A DNA stretch of 60,742 nt, filler included, from a candidate division TA06 bacterium SM23_40 (GCA_001303705.1; 6 parts of 6 records of this genome joined end to end with filler, not necessarily neighbours in it); one strand, 5' to 3'. Shown: positions 1 through 10,689, counted from the whole stretch's first letter. Made by a program: numbers and translations. The notes: generated from the sequence alone by a model not told the origin.

Positions 1-1
1 C

Positions 2-52
2 GAAGAACTGTAGGTCGACGTGTCGGAGCTCCTGTTCGGGCAAGGGGGGTAG
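2..52 (+). CDS. 3' end of probable V/A-type ATPase subunit E (partial; in-frame TAG at 11-13)
   Basis: Frame 2 reads EEL*VDVSELLFGQGG*, resembling subunit E C-termini; lies directly upstream of subunit C. Confidence 0.45.
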
Positions 53-55
53 GAG

Positions 56-1090
56 ATGTCGCGCTGGCTGAGATCGCAGAGAACACCGGGTCAGGACACT
101 CGATATGCGTTCGCGGTGGGGCGGATTCGCGCCCTCGAGGCCCGGCTGCTCGACTCTGCGCGGATCGATCGGCTGCTCGATGCCGACGACGCCGAGGAGG
201 CCCTCCGCATCCTGTCCGATTCCGAGTATGGAGGCCTCGTGGCAGAACTCGCCCAGGCGACCCAATTCGAGTCGATCCTCACCGCCGAGGAAGACCGGCT
301 CTGGCGTCTGTTCAATGAGCTCTGTCTGGACGGCTGGCTGCGGGACCTCATCCTCTCCCGGCTCGATTACGCGAATCTCAAGGTGCTGAGCCGGCTTCGC
401 CTCATTCTCAAAAGCGAGGAACCCTGGTCCGCACGTGAGGGCGGGGTAGCGATCGATGTCCTGAGTGAGGCGCTAACGGAACGTACGCCGGCCCTGCTTC
501 CTGATCACCTGGCCTCCGCGGTCGGGGTCCTTCTCGACTCCGAGAGCGAGGGCAGGCTCAGTCCGCGTCAGACAGATCTCGTTCTCGATCACGCGTACTT
601 CGCCTTCCTCCTGCAACAGGCCCAGGACCACGGGACTACGTTCTTCATACAATTCGTCCGCGTCTGGATCGACCTGGTCAATATCGAGACCTTTTTTCGC
701 ATGAGATACTTCAGACCCGATCTGGAAACGGTGCGCCTTGCGTTCCACAACGGGGGGACGATCCCGGTCAGCCACTTCCTGGCGCTGCTCGATGAGCCTC
801 CGGAGGTTCTGGGCCATCGTTTCTACGCCACTGCCTACTTCTCGTTGGTGGAACACGGTTCAGCTGCCCTCGAGGCAACCGGGTCGTTCTCCCGCCTGGA
901 GAAGCTCCTCGATGACTACCTGATCGATTTCGTGCGTCGGACGAAGGTCTACCCATTCGGCTCCGAACCGCTCATCGCTTATCTTCTCGCGAAAGAACAC
1001 GAACTCAAGATGCTGCGAATGATCTTCATGGCAAAGACAGTCCATATTCGGGAGGCAGCGCTGAAGCACCGAATGCCCGAGGTCTACTAG
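56..1090 (+). CDS. atpC: V/A-type ATP synthase subunit C
   Basis: YAFAVGRIRALEARLL N-terminus, PFGSEPLIAYLLAKEHE C-terminal motif, operon position. Confidence 0.92.
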   Translation: MSRWLRSQRTPGQDTRYAFAVGRIRALEARLLDSARIDRLLDADDAEEALRILSDSEYGGLVAELAQATQFESILTAEEDRLWRLFNELCLDGWLRDLILSRLDYANLKVLSRLRLILKSEEPWSAREGGVAIDVLSEALTERTPALLPDHLASAVGVLLDSESEGRLSPRQTDLVLDHAYFAFLLQQAQDHGTTFFIQFVRVWIDLVNIETFFRMRYFRPDLETVRLAFHNGGTIPVSHFLALLDEPPEVLGHRFYATAYFSLVEHGSAALEATGSFSRLEKLLDDYLIDFVRRTKVYPFGSEPLIAYLLAKEHELKMLRMIFMAKTVHIREAALKHRMPEVY

Positions 1091-1122
1091 AAGCGATCAC
1101 AGGCCGGCGGAGCGAGAGAACG

Positions 1123-1506
1123 ATGTCGATTGAGAGCTTCACAGATGTCGCAATTGTCGGGAGAGCCGATCAGATACTGCCATACCGGGCTCTCGGGATG
1201 ACGACACACGCAGTCACAGACGCCGAAGAGGCCCGCGATGCGGTTACGGCTCTTGCAAAGAAGGGCGTTCGACTCATCTACGTTATTGAGGATCTGGCAG
1301 CATACATGCAAGATCTGTTGAATGAATATGCAACGTCAACGTTCCCGACGATCGTGCCCATTCCCGCGTCAACAGGACCGACCGGATACGCCATGAAAAG
1401 GCTTCGCCAGACGATCAAGAAGGCGGCAGGGACCGATATCTTCGTGGGCGAGGATGAGGCGGGCACAGAGGAACAGGGCCAGGCTGGAACACAGGGCCGA
1501 GTGTGA
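1123..1506 (+). CDS. atpF: V/A-type ATP synthase subunit F
   Basis: [13 protein letters not shown] and IKKAAGTDI motifs; between subunits C and A. Confidence 0.9.
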   Translation: MSIESFTDVAIVGRADQILPYRALGMTTHAVTDAEEARDAVTALAKKGVRLIYVIEDLAAYMQDLLNEYATSTFPTIVPIPASTGPTGYAMKRLRQTIKKAAGTDIFVGEDEAGTEEQGQAGTQGRV

Positions 1507-1516
1507 GGATCAGGCG

Positions 1517-3298
1517 ATGAATGGCGAAGCAAGAGAGCGTACGGGTACAATCGTGAAGGTAGCAGGGCCACTTGTTGTGGCTGAGGGGATGTCCGGAGCG
1601 AGAATGTTCGACGTCGTCAAGGTGAGCGATAAGCGATTGATCGGGGAGATCATCGAACTCTCGGGTGACCTCGCGTCGATCCAGGTCTACGAGGAGACGG
1701 GAGGCATCGGGACCGGGGAACCGGTCTATCAGACAGGCCAACCGCTATCGGTGGAGCTCGGCCCCGGACTCATCGAATCGATCTATGACGGCATCCAGCG
1801 GCCGCTCGACGTGATCCGCGAGATGGTAGGCGAAAGCATCACGCGCGGCATCGAGGTCCCTGCGCTCAACCGGGAGAAGAAATGGGCATTCGAACCGAAG
1901 GCCGCCGCCGGGGACTCAGTGGTAGAAGGAGATCTTCTGGGCGAGGTTCAAGAGACAACCCTCGTCATCCACAAGATCCTCGTCCCCCCGGGCATCAACG
2001 GAACGATAGAGAGAATCGAGAGCGGCGAGTTCACAGTCGAGGAGACGGTCTGCGTCATAAAGAATGACGACGGCACAACACACGACCTGTCGATGATGCA
2101 GCGCTGGCCCGTTCGAAAATCCCGCCCATACAAGGAAAAGCTCGCCCCGCACATTGCCCTGACAACAGGACAGCGCGTGCTCGACACCTTCTTCCCCGTC
2201 GGAAAGGGAGGCACCGCCTGTGTGCCGGGTCCGTTCGGATCGGGCAAGACTGTCGTACAGCACCAGCTGGCAAAGTGGGCCGACGCAGAGATCATCGTGT
2301 ACATCGGGTGCGGCGAGCGCGGGAACGAGATGACGGACGTTCTTCTCGAGTTCCCCGAGCTCAAGGACCCGCGGAGCGGCGACCCGCTCATGAGGCGGAC
2401 GGTGCTCATCGCCAATACCTCGAACATGCCTGTGGCCGCCCGTGAAGCATCCGTATACACCGGTATCACTATAGCCGAGTACTTCCGGGATATGGGGTAT
2501 AGCGTCGCCGTGATGGCTGACTCGACATCTCGCTGGGCAGAGGCGATGCGGGAGATCTCCGGCAGGCTCGAGGAGATGCCCGGAGAGGAGGGCTATCCCG
2601 CCTACCTGGGAGCGAAGGTGGCTGAGTTCTATGAGAGGGCGGGACGCGTCACCTGCCTGGGCAGCGATTCGCGGGAAGGAGCCATGAGCGTCATCGGCGC
2701 CGTCTCCCCTCCCGGAGGAGACCTCTCCGACCCGGTCGTCCAGGCGACGCTACGTGTCGTCAAAGTCTTCTGGAGCCTCGAAGACAAGCTCGCGTACAAG
2801 CGCCACTTCCCGGCCATCAGCTGGCTCACCAGCTACTCACTCTATCTCGAGAACATAGAGACTTACCTCCGCGAGGAGGTTGCGGAGGATATGCCCGATC
2901 TGCGCAGCGAGGCGATGCGGTTGCTGGAGGAGGAGGCCGAACTCGAGGAGATCGTGCGGCTCGTCGGCATCGATGCCCTCTCTCCTGCCGACCGCCTCAC
3001 GCTCGAGGCCTCCCGTTCGATCCGGGAAGACTTCCTCCACCAGAACGCGTTCCACGAGGTCGACACCTATACATCGATGGAAAAACAGTACAAGATGCTC
3101 CACGTTATCCTCCACTTCTACCATCGCGCAAAGGACGCGCTGGAGAAGGGAGTGCCGATCACGACCATCGAGACGCTTCCCATTAGAGAACGCATTGCGA
3201 GGGCGAAATATATGGCCGAGGACGCCGCCGATCAGATCGTCGCCCTCGAAGATGAGATCGACAAGGCGATCAAAGACGTACTGGCCGAGGCCGCGTAG
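1517..3298 (+). CDS. atpA: V/A-type ATP synthase subunit A
   Basis: P-loop [28 protein letters not shown]; start moved to ATG 1517 after GAGG. Confidence 0.97.
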   Translation: MNGEARERTGTIVKVAGPLVVAEGMSGARMFDVVKVSDKRLIGEIIELSGDLASIQVYEETGGIGTGEPVYQTGQPLSVELGPGLIESIYDGIQRPLDVIREMVGESITRGIEVPALNREKKWAFEPKAAAGDSVVEGDLLGEVQETTLVIHKILVPPGINGTIERIESGEFTVEETVCVIKNDDGTTHDLSMMQRWPVRKSRPYKEKLAPHIALTTGQRVLDTFFPVGKGGTACVPGPFGSGKTVVQHQLAKWADAEIIVYIGCGERGNEMTDVLLEFPELKDPRSGDPLMRRTVLIANTSNMPVAAREASVYTGITIAEYFRDMGYSVAVMADSTSRWAEAMREISGRLEEMPGEEGYPAYLGAKVAEFYERAGRVTCLGSDSREGAMSVIGAVSPPGGDLSDPVVQATLRVVKVFWSLEDKLAYKRHFPAISWLTSYSLYLENIETYLREEVAEDMPDLRSEAMRLLEEEAELEEIVRLVGIDALSPADRLTLEASRSIREDFLHQNAFHEVDTYTSMEKQYKMLHVILHFYHRAKDALEKGVPITTIETLPIRERIARAKYMAEDAADQIVALEDEIDKAIKDVLAEAA

Positions 3299-3327
3299 GA
3301 GCGAGCGCTACTTGCGGGGGGGAACCG

Positions 3328-4758
3328 ATGCTGAAGGAGTATTCGACTATCACGAAGATCAGCGGACCTCTCATTTTGGTAGAAGAGGTAGAGGGGGTCA
3401 AGTACGAGGAGATCGTAGAAGTGAAACTCCCCACCGGCGAGATCCGGCGAGGGAGGGTACTCGAGGTCGACCGAGACAAGGCGCTCGTCCAGATATTCGA
3501 GGGAACGACCGGCATCGACGTCACCAAGAGCAAAGTGAAATTCCTCGGCAAGGGGATTGAACTCGGCCTCTCCATGGACATGCTGGGGCGGGTCTTCGAT
3601 GGCCTCGGCAGGCCGATCGATAAAGGCCCGAAGATCATCCCCGAGAGGCGGGCCGACATCAACGGTGCGCCGCTCAACCCGTACGCCCGCGACTACCCGA
3701 ATGAGTTCATCCAGACGGGCATCTCCGCAATCGATGGACTCAACACGCTCGTCCGCGGCCAGAAGCTCCCCATCTTCTCTGGATCCGGCCTCCCGCACAA
3801 CCGTGTCGCCGCCCAGATCGCCCGGCAGGCAACTGTTCTCGGGAAAGAGGAAACCTTCGCCGTCGTCTTCGGGGCAATGGGAATCACATTCGAGGAGGCC
3901 GACTTCTTCATCAGCGACTTCCGGCGAACCGGAGCGATCGAACGCGCGGTCCTGTTCATCAACCTTGCCGACGACCCGGCGGTAGAGCGCCTGGCAACCC
4001 CGCGGATGGCATTCACCGCCGCCGAGTACCTTGCGTTCGAAAAGGATACCCACGTCCTCGTTATCCTCACCGACATGACGAACTACTGCGAGGCGCTGAG
4101 ACAGGTGTCGGCCGCCCGGAAGGAGATTCCCGGCCGGCGGGGGGATCCCGGCTACCTCTATACCGACCTGGCGACGGTGTACGAGCGGGCGGGGAGGGTC
4201 ATGGGGAAGAAGGGGTCGATCACCCTCATCCCTATCCTCACCATGCCCGAGGACGACAAGACCCATCCCATCCCCGATCTCACCGGATACATCACTGAGG
4301 GCCAGGTCATCCTTACACGTCCTCTGCACCGCAAGAAGGTGTCGCCCCCGATCGACGTCCTGCCGTCGCTCTCCCGACTCAAAGACAAGGGGATCGGCCC
4401 GGAGAAGACGCGGGAAGACCATGCCGATGTCTTCAATCAGCTCTTCGCTGCCTACGCACGGGGCAAGGAGGCCCAGGAACTGGCAGTCATTCTCGGTGAG
4501 GCTGCCCTCTCCGACACGGACAAACTCTATCTGAAGTTCTCAGCAGTCTTCGAGGAGCGGTACGTCTCACAGGGAGAGGAGGAGAATCGCACCATCGAAC
4601 AGACACTCGATCTCGGCTGGGAACTCCTCTCCGTGTTCCCGCGGGCAGAGCTGAAGAGGATACGGGAGGAATATCTGGACAAGTACCTGACGAGATTCAA
4701 GAAGGAAGAGACGGCGGCAGAGCCGGAGAAGGAAGCGGAGATGGTCGCCCCGACATAG
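3328..4758 (+). CDS. atpB: V/A-type ATP synthase subunit B
   Basis: [34 protein letters not shown] motifs. Confidence 0.97.
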   Translation: MLKEYSTITKISGPLILVEEVEGVKYEEIVEVKLPTGEIRRGRVLEVDRDKALVQIFEGTTGIDVTKSKVKFLGKGIELGLSMDMLGRVFDGLGRPIDKGPKIIPERRADINGAPLNPYARDYPNEFIQTGISAIDGLNTLVRGQKLPIFSGSGLPHNRVAAQIARQATVLGKEETFAVVFGAMGITFEEADFFISDFRRTGAIERAVLFINLADDPAVERLATPRMAFTAAEYLAFEKDTHVLVILTDMTNYCEALRQVSAARKEIPGRRGDPGYLYTDLATVYERAGRVMGKKGSITLIPILTMPEDDKTHPIPDLTGYITEGQVILTRPLHRKKVSPPIDVLPSLSRLKDKGIGPEKTREDHADVFNQLFAAYARGKEAQELAVILGEAALSDTDKLYLKFSAVFEERYVSQGEEENRTIEQTLDLGWELLSVFPRAELKRIREEYLDKYLTRFKKEETAAEPEKEAEMVAPT

Positions 4759-4777
4759 ACCGGAGGAAGACGACGCC

Positions 4778-5398
4778 GTGATACTCGATATCAACCCGAC
4801 CCGGATGGAGCTCCTGCGGCTGCGCAAGCGCATCGTCATCGCCCGCCGCGGCCACAAGTTGCTCAAAGACAAGCAAGATGAGCTCATGCGCCAGCTCATC
4901 GACCTGATCCGCGAGATCAGGGATCTGAGGCGAAGGGTCGAGCGCGAACTGACCGAGGCATCTCAGCGCTTCCTCCTGGCAAAGGCTGCGCTCAGGCCCG
5001 GCACGATCGAGGGTTCCCTGCTCGTCCCCACGGCCGACCTCGGTCTCGCAGTTGAGCGACGTCACATCATGAACATCCGCGCTCCGGTCTTCGCTGCTGC
5101 CCTGACGGGCACTATTCACTGCTACGGGTACCTCGGCACGTCGGGCGAGCTCGATGCCTCCCTCCTCGCCCTGCAGAACGCGATGAAGCTCCTCGTGGAG
5201 CTCGCTCAGAAGGAGAAGACCATACAGCTCCTGGCCGACGAGATCGAGAAGACGCGCCGCCGCGTCAACGCCCTCGAATACGTCCTCATCCCCGACCTCA
5301 CCGATACGATCAAGTACATCTCCATGAAGCTCTCGGAGATGGAACGCTCGAATCTCTCGCGTCTCATGAGGGTGAAGGAGATCGTCCGCGAGCACTGA
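4778..5398 (+). CDS. atpD: V/A-type ATP synthase subunit D
   Basis: NPTRMEL, GHKLLKDK, EIEKTRRRVNALEY motifs. Confidence 0.96.
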   Translation: MILDINPTRMELLRLRKRIVIARRGHKLLKDKQDELMRQLIDLIREIRDLRRRVERELTEASQRFLLAKAALRPGTIEGSLLVPTADLGLAVERRHIMNIRAPVFAAALTGTIHCYGYLGTSGELDASLLALQNAMKLLVELAQKEKTIQLLADEIEKTRRRVNALEYVLIPDLTDTIKYISMKLSEMERSNLSRLMRVKEIVREH

Positions 5399-5426
5399 CG
5401 AGCCCCCCTTATCCCATCCCTACCCC

Positions 5427-5450
5427 TCTAGTCTAAAATCTAGTCTAAAA
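5427..5450. repeat. 12-bp perfect tandem duplication TCTAGTCTAAAA x2
   Basis: Seen directly; AT-rich in a GC-rich background. Confidence 0.8.
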
Positions 5451-5592
5451 CGGATACCTCTCGAAGTCGCGGCTCCCCTTGTCTGAGGGGGCGTCGAGGG
5501 CCGGGCTGACCGCCAGCACTCGATTTTTCTGCGTCCCCTGGAAAGGCCTGGCCGGGCTCCAATCGAGCAAGACCAGGTGTCATCAAGGGCGC

Positions 5593-5672
5593 TCCTGCCC
5601 TGGCTCAGGGTTCCGTTCGTCACGGCCCGTACAGGACTCTCACCTCCCGGATGCATGACATGCCTGGCACAC
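5593..5672 (-). mobile_element. 5' fragment of a group IIC intron (start of domain I; no RT ORF, no domain V)
   Basis: Minus strand begins GTGTGCCAGGCATG..GGTGAGAGTCC..GGAACC..AGCCAGGGCAGG, matching the IIC 5' consensus as I recall it, 11 nt after a terminator stem. Confidence 0.65.
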
Positions 5673-5683
5673 CACCTGAGAGA

Positions 5684-5711
5684 AGGCCCCAACCTCTATC
5701 GGTTGGGGCCT
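5684..5711 (-). terminator. Intrinsic terminator hairpin of the 7575-5746 gene
   Basis: 11-bp stem AGGCCCCAACC/GGTTGGGGCCT followed by a pyrimidine run on the minus strand. Confidence 0.7.
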
Positions 5712-5745
5712 CTCGTCAGTCTATACGCTCCAGGCGTCCTCCAGG

Positions 5746-7575
5746 CTACGGCAGCTTGGTCAGCGGGAATGCATCCCTGTCAACCCAGCCTGGATACGGA
5801 CCGAGATAGAGCCTGATGAGGTAGTCGCCAGCTGGTGCTCCCTGCGGCACGTTGAGCGTCCGCGTCACGGTCACTTGGTGCCCCGCGGGGAACGTCAGCT
5901 GGATCGGGCCCTCGACCGGGCCGTATTCGTTCCCGTTCGGGAGCCTGGCCATGAGCCACGCCTTGAACGTCTGCGAACTGCCGGTGCAGTTCTTGACTCT
6001 GGCCGTGAACGTGAACGAGCCGCCCTGTGCCGGGATCACGATCGGCGCATTATGCGGGAAGAGATCCGCACCGAGGCCGGTGAACTCGCAGGTGTGCACG
6101 TTCAGGTTCATGACGGGGTTCTCTGTCCAGGTCCCCTCGTTCTGCGGCATCCCGCCAGCATCCTTGTCGTTGATGTAGATGATCGCGAGCGAGTCATCCA
6201 CGACTCCAGCCATCGACGGATAGTCATCGTCGTCGCAGTCTCCCGGTGCCGCGTTCGGAGTCGGGGAATTGGTCAGATTGATCGGCGTCGACCACGTCCG
6301 GCCGTTGTCGGTCGAGTACGACGCATACAGCTCACCGTTCGGCCAGCCGAGCATCGAGACATCGCCCTCATCACAGACCACCCACACGCAGTACAGGAAC
6401 CCGGTGTACGGATCGATGGCGATCGCCGGCCTGTCAGCCGCGAACCGCCAGCCACCCGGATCGAGGCTGTACGGGTACCAGCCAAATGCCGGAGCGATCT
6501 TCGTCAGGCCGGCTGCCTGGCTCCAGTGGTAGATCGCGGACTGGTACGGGAAGTAGGCCGAGTCGCCAGAGGCATGATACCCCGTAAAGACGAAGTGGAG
6601 GGAATCACCCTCGTCGAACAGAACATCGACATCGCAGTACGCCCGCATCGAGTCGGCCATCTGAAACTGGGTCGCGTTCTGAATCGCACCCCAGTTCGCA
6701 CCGTTGTCGAACGACATCCGGTAGTAGATGTCCGCGTTCAGCTGGTAGCTCAACGGCGGCGGTGTAAGCACTCTGGGATGGCAGTAGGCATACGCCACTG
6801 TCCCGCTGTGCCGTGACGCCGCTACCGTATAGCTGATCGTCCAGGTCGTATCGACGACCGCCCAATTCTGCCAGTTGAGGCCGCCGTCGGTCGAACGGCT
6901 GTAGTACACCTCGTGCGGATCTCCAGCAGTGACGACCTGATGCGTGGAGACGACGTGCAGATAGTCCATATTGTCGCGGGCGATCGACGGCCAGATCGGC
7001 TGCCCGGGATCACCGGGATAACTCAGGGTGTCGATCGAGTGCATGATGAACGTCCCGAAGCCCGCTGCCACGTCGATGCCCACAGCGGCATGGTACTCTC
7101 CACCCGAGACCCTCCGCTGGTGCATCGCCACTGCCCCACGACCATCGGACAGCACGCACATCTTGGTGTAACCGGAGTAGTACGGGCTGCCGACCTGCGT
7201 GCCCACGCCCGGCCACTTGTACGTGCCGTTGCGCCGCCGGAAGTTGTAGTAGATCTGCCGCTGCGTAGCACCCAGGTCCAGGCCGTTCGTCCAGCACATA
7301 TGCTCGAACGGACGCCCGGTCCCATCGAACGGCTCCACAACCTTCATCTTGTTGCTCGAGCCGTTGTGCTGATAGTCGTACCAGGTCATTCCGACCTGCG
7401 TCCCCGGCGAAGCGGTCACGACCTCGGTCATGAAGGTCACACCCGCGTCGACCTCTTCATCGCCGACCAAGGCCCTCTCTACCCGCTCGCTGTTCAGCAT
7501 GATCTCCGTGCTCGATACCGCAGCTGCCGCGGCGAAGACGAGCACGAAGAGCATAATGGAAGTCCTCTTTGTCAT
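5746..7575 (-). CDS. Secreted BNR/Asp-box (sialidase-like propeller) protein with C-terminal Ig-like domain
   Basis: Signal peptide MTKRTSIMLFVLVFAAAAAVSS; Asp-boxes SRSTDGGLNW, SFDNGANW, SYSTDNGRTW; GGAGG upstream of ATG 7575. Confidence 0.8.
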   Translation of the reverse strand: MTKRTSIMLFVLVFAAAAAVSSTEIMLNSERVERALVGDEEVDAGVTFMTEVVTASPGTQVGMTWYDYQHNGSSNKMKVVEPFDGTGRPFEHMCWTNGLDLGATQRQIYYNFRRRNGTYKWPGVGTQVGSPYYSGYTKMCVLSDGRGAVAMHQRRVSGGEYHAAVGIDVAAGFGTFIMHSIDTLSYPGDPGQPIWPSIARDNMDYLHVVSTHQVVTAGDPHEVYYSRSTDGGLNWQNWAVVDTTWTISYTVAASRHSGTVAYAYCHPRVLTPPPLSYQLNADIYYRMSFDNGANWGAIQNATQFQMADSMRAYCDVDVLFDEGDSLHFVFTGYHASGDSAYFPYQSAIYHWSQAAGLTKIAPAFGWYPYSLDPGGWRFAADRPAIAIDPYTGFLYCVWVVCDEGDVSMLGWPNGELYASYSTDNGRTWSTPINLTNSPTPNAAPGDCDDDDYPSMAGVVDDSLAIIYINDKDAGGMPQNEGTWTENPVMNLNVHTCEFTGLGADLFPHNAPIVIPAQGGSFTFTARVKNCTGSSQTFKAWLMARLPNGNEYGPVEGPIQLTFPAGHQVTVTRTLNVPQGAPAGDYLIRLYLGPYPGWVDRDAFPLTKLP

Positions 7576-7875
7576 GCGCACACTCCTCCACTCCAAAGCT
7601 CCCGGGCACCCCCCCCAACGCTACGCACGAGGGCACCCACCTCGTTTCGGCATCCGCTCCTTCTTGTCTCCCTCGGTAGCCCTCACCTCCTTCCCCCTCG
7701 GGTATTCTATCTTCACTTCACGCCGAGGCAAAAAAGAACCCTTCGGAACGGTGTTCCTCCGGGATCGAAGGCATTCTCTCCCCTTCGCCAACCACCGCCC
7801 CGGCGCCCGAAACCAATGGCAGCACCTCCTTCCGCCCGCCTTACATCGGACAGTTGACCCGATGATATTTGCCCT

Positions 7876-7904
7876 AGCATACCCCAACATCTCTATGATG
7901 TCAA
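7876..7904 (-). promoter_or_regulatory. Sigma70-type promoter TTGACA-17-TATGCT
   Basis: Near-consensus hexamers with 17-bp spacing, about 295 nt upstream of ATG 7575. Confidence 0.7.
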
Positions 7905-8192
7905 GTACTTTTTGGCATCCCGGGGCATCAGTCCCCTCCCCCACGCAGCTCCGACCCCCGAGGCCAACCCGTGAACGGCATGCAACGACGAGCTAACCTC
8001 GTCTTTGCGGTGAGAGAGCACCAGCCTGCTTCAATCAGTCTTCTCTGGATCCCGGAACCGGGATTGTCTGGACGGATCTGGTGGCCACCTCCCTGCATCG
8101 TGCCTCTCCCCCGGGCCCGGCGCTTTGTGCACCCGGACGTCTCCCTGCAGCATTGGAACCAGTATAGGTCGTCCGCAGCATAAGCCGTCCGA

Positions 8193-8242
8193 ACGCTACA
8201 CGAGGCCCCGACGCCGTACTGGTGTCGGGGCCTCAGTAGCGT
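8193..8242 (-). terminator. Hairpin after the 10101-8278 gene
   Basis: GAGGCCCCGACGCC/GGTGTCGGGGCCTC stem with outer ACGCTAC/GTAGCGT. Confidence 0.6.
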
Positions 8243-8277
8243 GCTACTGTCTTATGCGACTATCCCTCAGCCCGGTC

Positions 8278-10101
8278 TCATCTCAGAACGATCATCTTTC
8301 TCGTCATCGAATGGTCGGGAACTGTCAGCCGATAGAAGTAGACTCCGCTCGCGACGCTCTTCCCTCTATCATCTCGTCCATCCCACGTCACAGTGTACCA
8401 GTTCGGGCTCTGCGGCTCATCGAGAAGGATCCGGACGAGCTCTCCGGTGATGTTGTACACGCTGAGGCCGACCCTGCCTCCCTTCGGCAGCGCATAGGAG
8501 ATCTCGGTCGATCCTATCACCGGGTTGGGCGAGTTCTGCCCCAGGTAGAAGACCCTCGGACGCGCTATCTCGCTACCGCCGTCGGAGACGCCATCATCGA
8601 ACCGCAGATGGAAGTGGTACACCGTATCCTCGGGAGCGCTCTCGGGGAAGAAGGACTCGAACAGGAGGTTATCCATCCCATAGGCGTAGTAGCTGATAAT
8701 CCCCGTATCTCCCTGGATCGGGATGTTAGTGAAGTACGTCGTGTCGTTCACCGCGCTCAAATCGAGCTCAGTCCACGACGGATCACCGTGGGGAGCGTGG
8801 TGACCCTGGGGATCGTGACCCCGGTGCCAGTAGAGCTTCAGTGTCTCCTCCCACAGACCATAGCCCTCATCCTTTATGTTGATCCGGATCTCATAGGGCC
8901 CCGGATAGCTCGTATCCGGCCAGTGCCACATATCCCAGAACAATGGCCCCATGCTATCGGTCACCGTGTAGTCGAATACCCAGAACAGATCGACATTATT
9001 GCCGGAGGCAAGGTACACCTCCTGTCCTTCTGCCACGTCCATAGCCTGGGATGAGGGAATGTAGCCGGATTCGGAGAGGGTCACCCAATGGTCACCGCCG
9101 TTGGCGCTCAGGTACACCTTCCTCCGGCTCGCAGCGTACACCCAATCCGCCATATCGGGAGCGACACCGATGCCGAAGATCTGCACTGTATCCGGGCTCA
9201 CGTAGGTGAGGATGTGTTCCCAGTTGGTGCCACCATCGGTGCTGCGATATACGCCGCCATCCGTCACCGGGAATGGGCCGCCGGCACCGGCATAGACCAG
9301 ATCCGAGTCCCAGGGACTGACTACGATCCGCGTGATATCCTTCCACTCCAACACACTTGTGTTGGGGATAAACCAGGTATCACCCCCGTCGGTCGTCTTG
9401 ATGAGCGTGGAGTCGAGTCCGGCGTAAGCAACCAGTTCATTCGATGGATCGATAGCCACGCAGTTGACCGGAGGGAGGGAATCAGGATCTGGAAGCCCCA
9501 TTACCGAACTGGGCGCATTCCAGTTCACCCCGCCATCCGTGGTATACCTGAGCATACCCCATCCTGGGGACAATGCCCCGGCGGTGACGCCGGCGTACAG
9601 ATATAGCGGATCCGTCGGGCAGATCTCCAGATCGGAGTCGAGCAGGCTACTCTCGCGAACCACGAACGTATCGATCGCAGACGGCACGATGCCCCAGCTT
9701 GCCCCATAGTCGGTGCTTCTCATGAAGAGAGTGCGGCCGACCGTCAGGTTCACCATCAGATAGAGAGTATCGGGGCCGGACGGATGGACTACGACCGCTG
9801 CAGGCCCCATGGCTACGGACTGGACAGCGGGAGGAAATCCTCCCCAGCTGTTCTGCCACGTCAGGCCACCGTCAGAACTCCAGTAGAAGAGCGAGTCACC
9901 GAAGAGTGGCGAGAACCCTGCGCAATATACCCTCTGCGCGTCTGTGGGATCTGCCTTGAGGCAGAAGAGACCTCCAGCCACTCCGGGCCCGTTCGTCGTC
10001 CATACATCATCGCCTGCCATGGCCCCCCATGCAAGGATCGCAACAAGACCGAGGAGGCAGCCGAGAACGACCGGCCACCGACTGCTCCGTCTCTCTCTCA
10101 C
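8278..10101 (-). CDS. Secreted BNR/Asp-box beta-propeller protein with FlgD-Ig (T9SS-CTD-like) tail
   Basis: Signal peptide; repeated S/TxDGGxTW boxes; C-terminal QNSPNP..WDGRDDRG..SGVYFYRL..KMIVLR. Confidence 0.85.
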   Translation of the reverse strand: MRERRSSRWPVVLGCLLGLVAILAWGAMAGDDVWTTNGPGVAGGLFCLKADPTDAQRVYCAGFSPLFGDSLFYWSSDGGLTWQNSWGGFPPAVQSVAMGPAAVVVHPSGPDTLYLMVNLTVGRTLFMRSTDYGASWGIVPSAIDTFVVRESSLLDSDLEICPTDPLYLYAGVTAGALSPGWGMLRYTTDGGVNWNAPSSVMGLPDPDSLPPVNCVAIDPSNELVAYAGLDSTLIKTTDGGDTWFIPNTSVLEWKDITRIVVSPWDSDLVYAGAGGPFPVTDGGVYRSTDGGTNWEHILTYVSPDTVQIFGIGVAPDMADWVYAASRRKVYLSANGGDHWVTLSESGYIPSSQAMDVAEGQEVYLASGNNVDLFWVFDYTVTDSMGPLFWDMWHWPDTSYPGPYEIRINIKDEGYGLWEETLKLYWHRGHDPQGHHAPHGDPSWTELDLSAVNDTTYFTNIPIQGDTGIISYYAYGMDNLLFESFFPESAPEDTVYHFHLRFDDGVSDGGSEIARPRVFYLGQNSPNPVIGSTEISYALPKGGRVGLSVYNITGELVRILLDEPQSPNWYTVTWDGRDDRGKSVASGVYFYRLTVPDHSMTRKMIVLR

Positions 10102-10391
10102 GGGAGTCCTCCTTTCTCATCTCAGAGTCGCATATACCTCCATTAACCGACCGAACCGATAGCGATCCTCCTGCCTCGGACTCTGTCGGACGCGGTAATG
10201 GGCGAGCTCGAATGTACGATCTCCGCGGCATGCCCGGACCGCACCGACTACTCATTTCCTAGTTCCTCACGTCGACTCTCGTCCAGATCCCTCCTTTCTC
10301 GTAGTGCTTTCAGGTCAACGATATCACCGCGTTCCGTCTCCCTCTGCCATATGCTCCGATACCGATACGACAGAGGCGGAACGCTTAGCCC

Positions 10392-10420
10392 ACTATAAGG
10401 AATACGCCTATCGCCGTCAA
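10392..10420 (-). promoter_or_regulatory. Sigma70-type promoter TTGACG-17-TATAGT
   Basis: Near-consensus hexamers, 17-bp spacer, about 285 nt upstream of the 10101 start. Confidence 0.7.
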
Positions 10421-10622
10421 GTAGAAAAATCGTCGCCCCGAATGTGTCGTTCCAGGGGAAGTTGCGGACCCCGAGAGATAGATCGGATCTCTGGGACCCC
10501 CCGACCGGGGCAAGCAGGGCTGGCCGCCATCCTCCTCTCTCTGAGTGGTCCCCTCTCAGTGAGCGATCTCTTTTCTGCGCCGCGACCCTCTCTCTGGCCT
10601 GCGACGCGCTAAATATAGCATA

Positions 10623-10646
10623 GGGGGAGAGATTCCTCTCTCCCCC
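10623..10646 (-). terminator. Hairpin after the 12303-10690 gene
   Basis: GGGGGAGAGA/TCTCTCCCCC stem, AT-rich tail on the minus strand. Confidence 0.55.
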
Positions 10647-10689
10647 CAAAGCGGTTCACTACGATCCTACCTGACTGCTCCCCCTACTC

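Noticed and set aside
2..52. Amber recoding (alternative code or pyrrolysine)
   Set aside because: TAG terminates many normal genes here (atpC, atpA, atpB, pilM, pilQ) and RF1 is present
10225..10245. GTGCGGTCCGGGCATG on the minus strand resembling another intron start
   Set aside because: The downstream GGTGAAAGTCC element is absent and there is no upstream terminator
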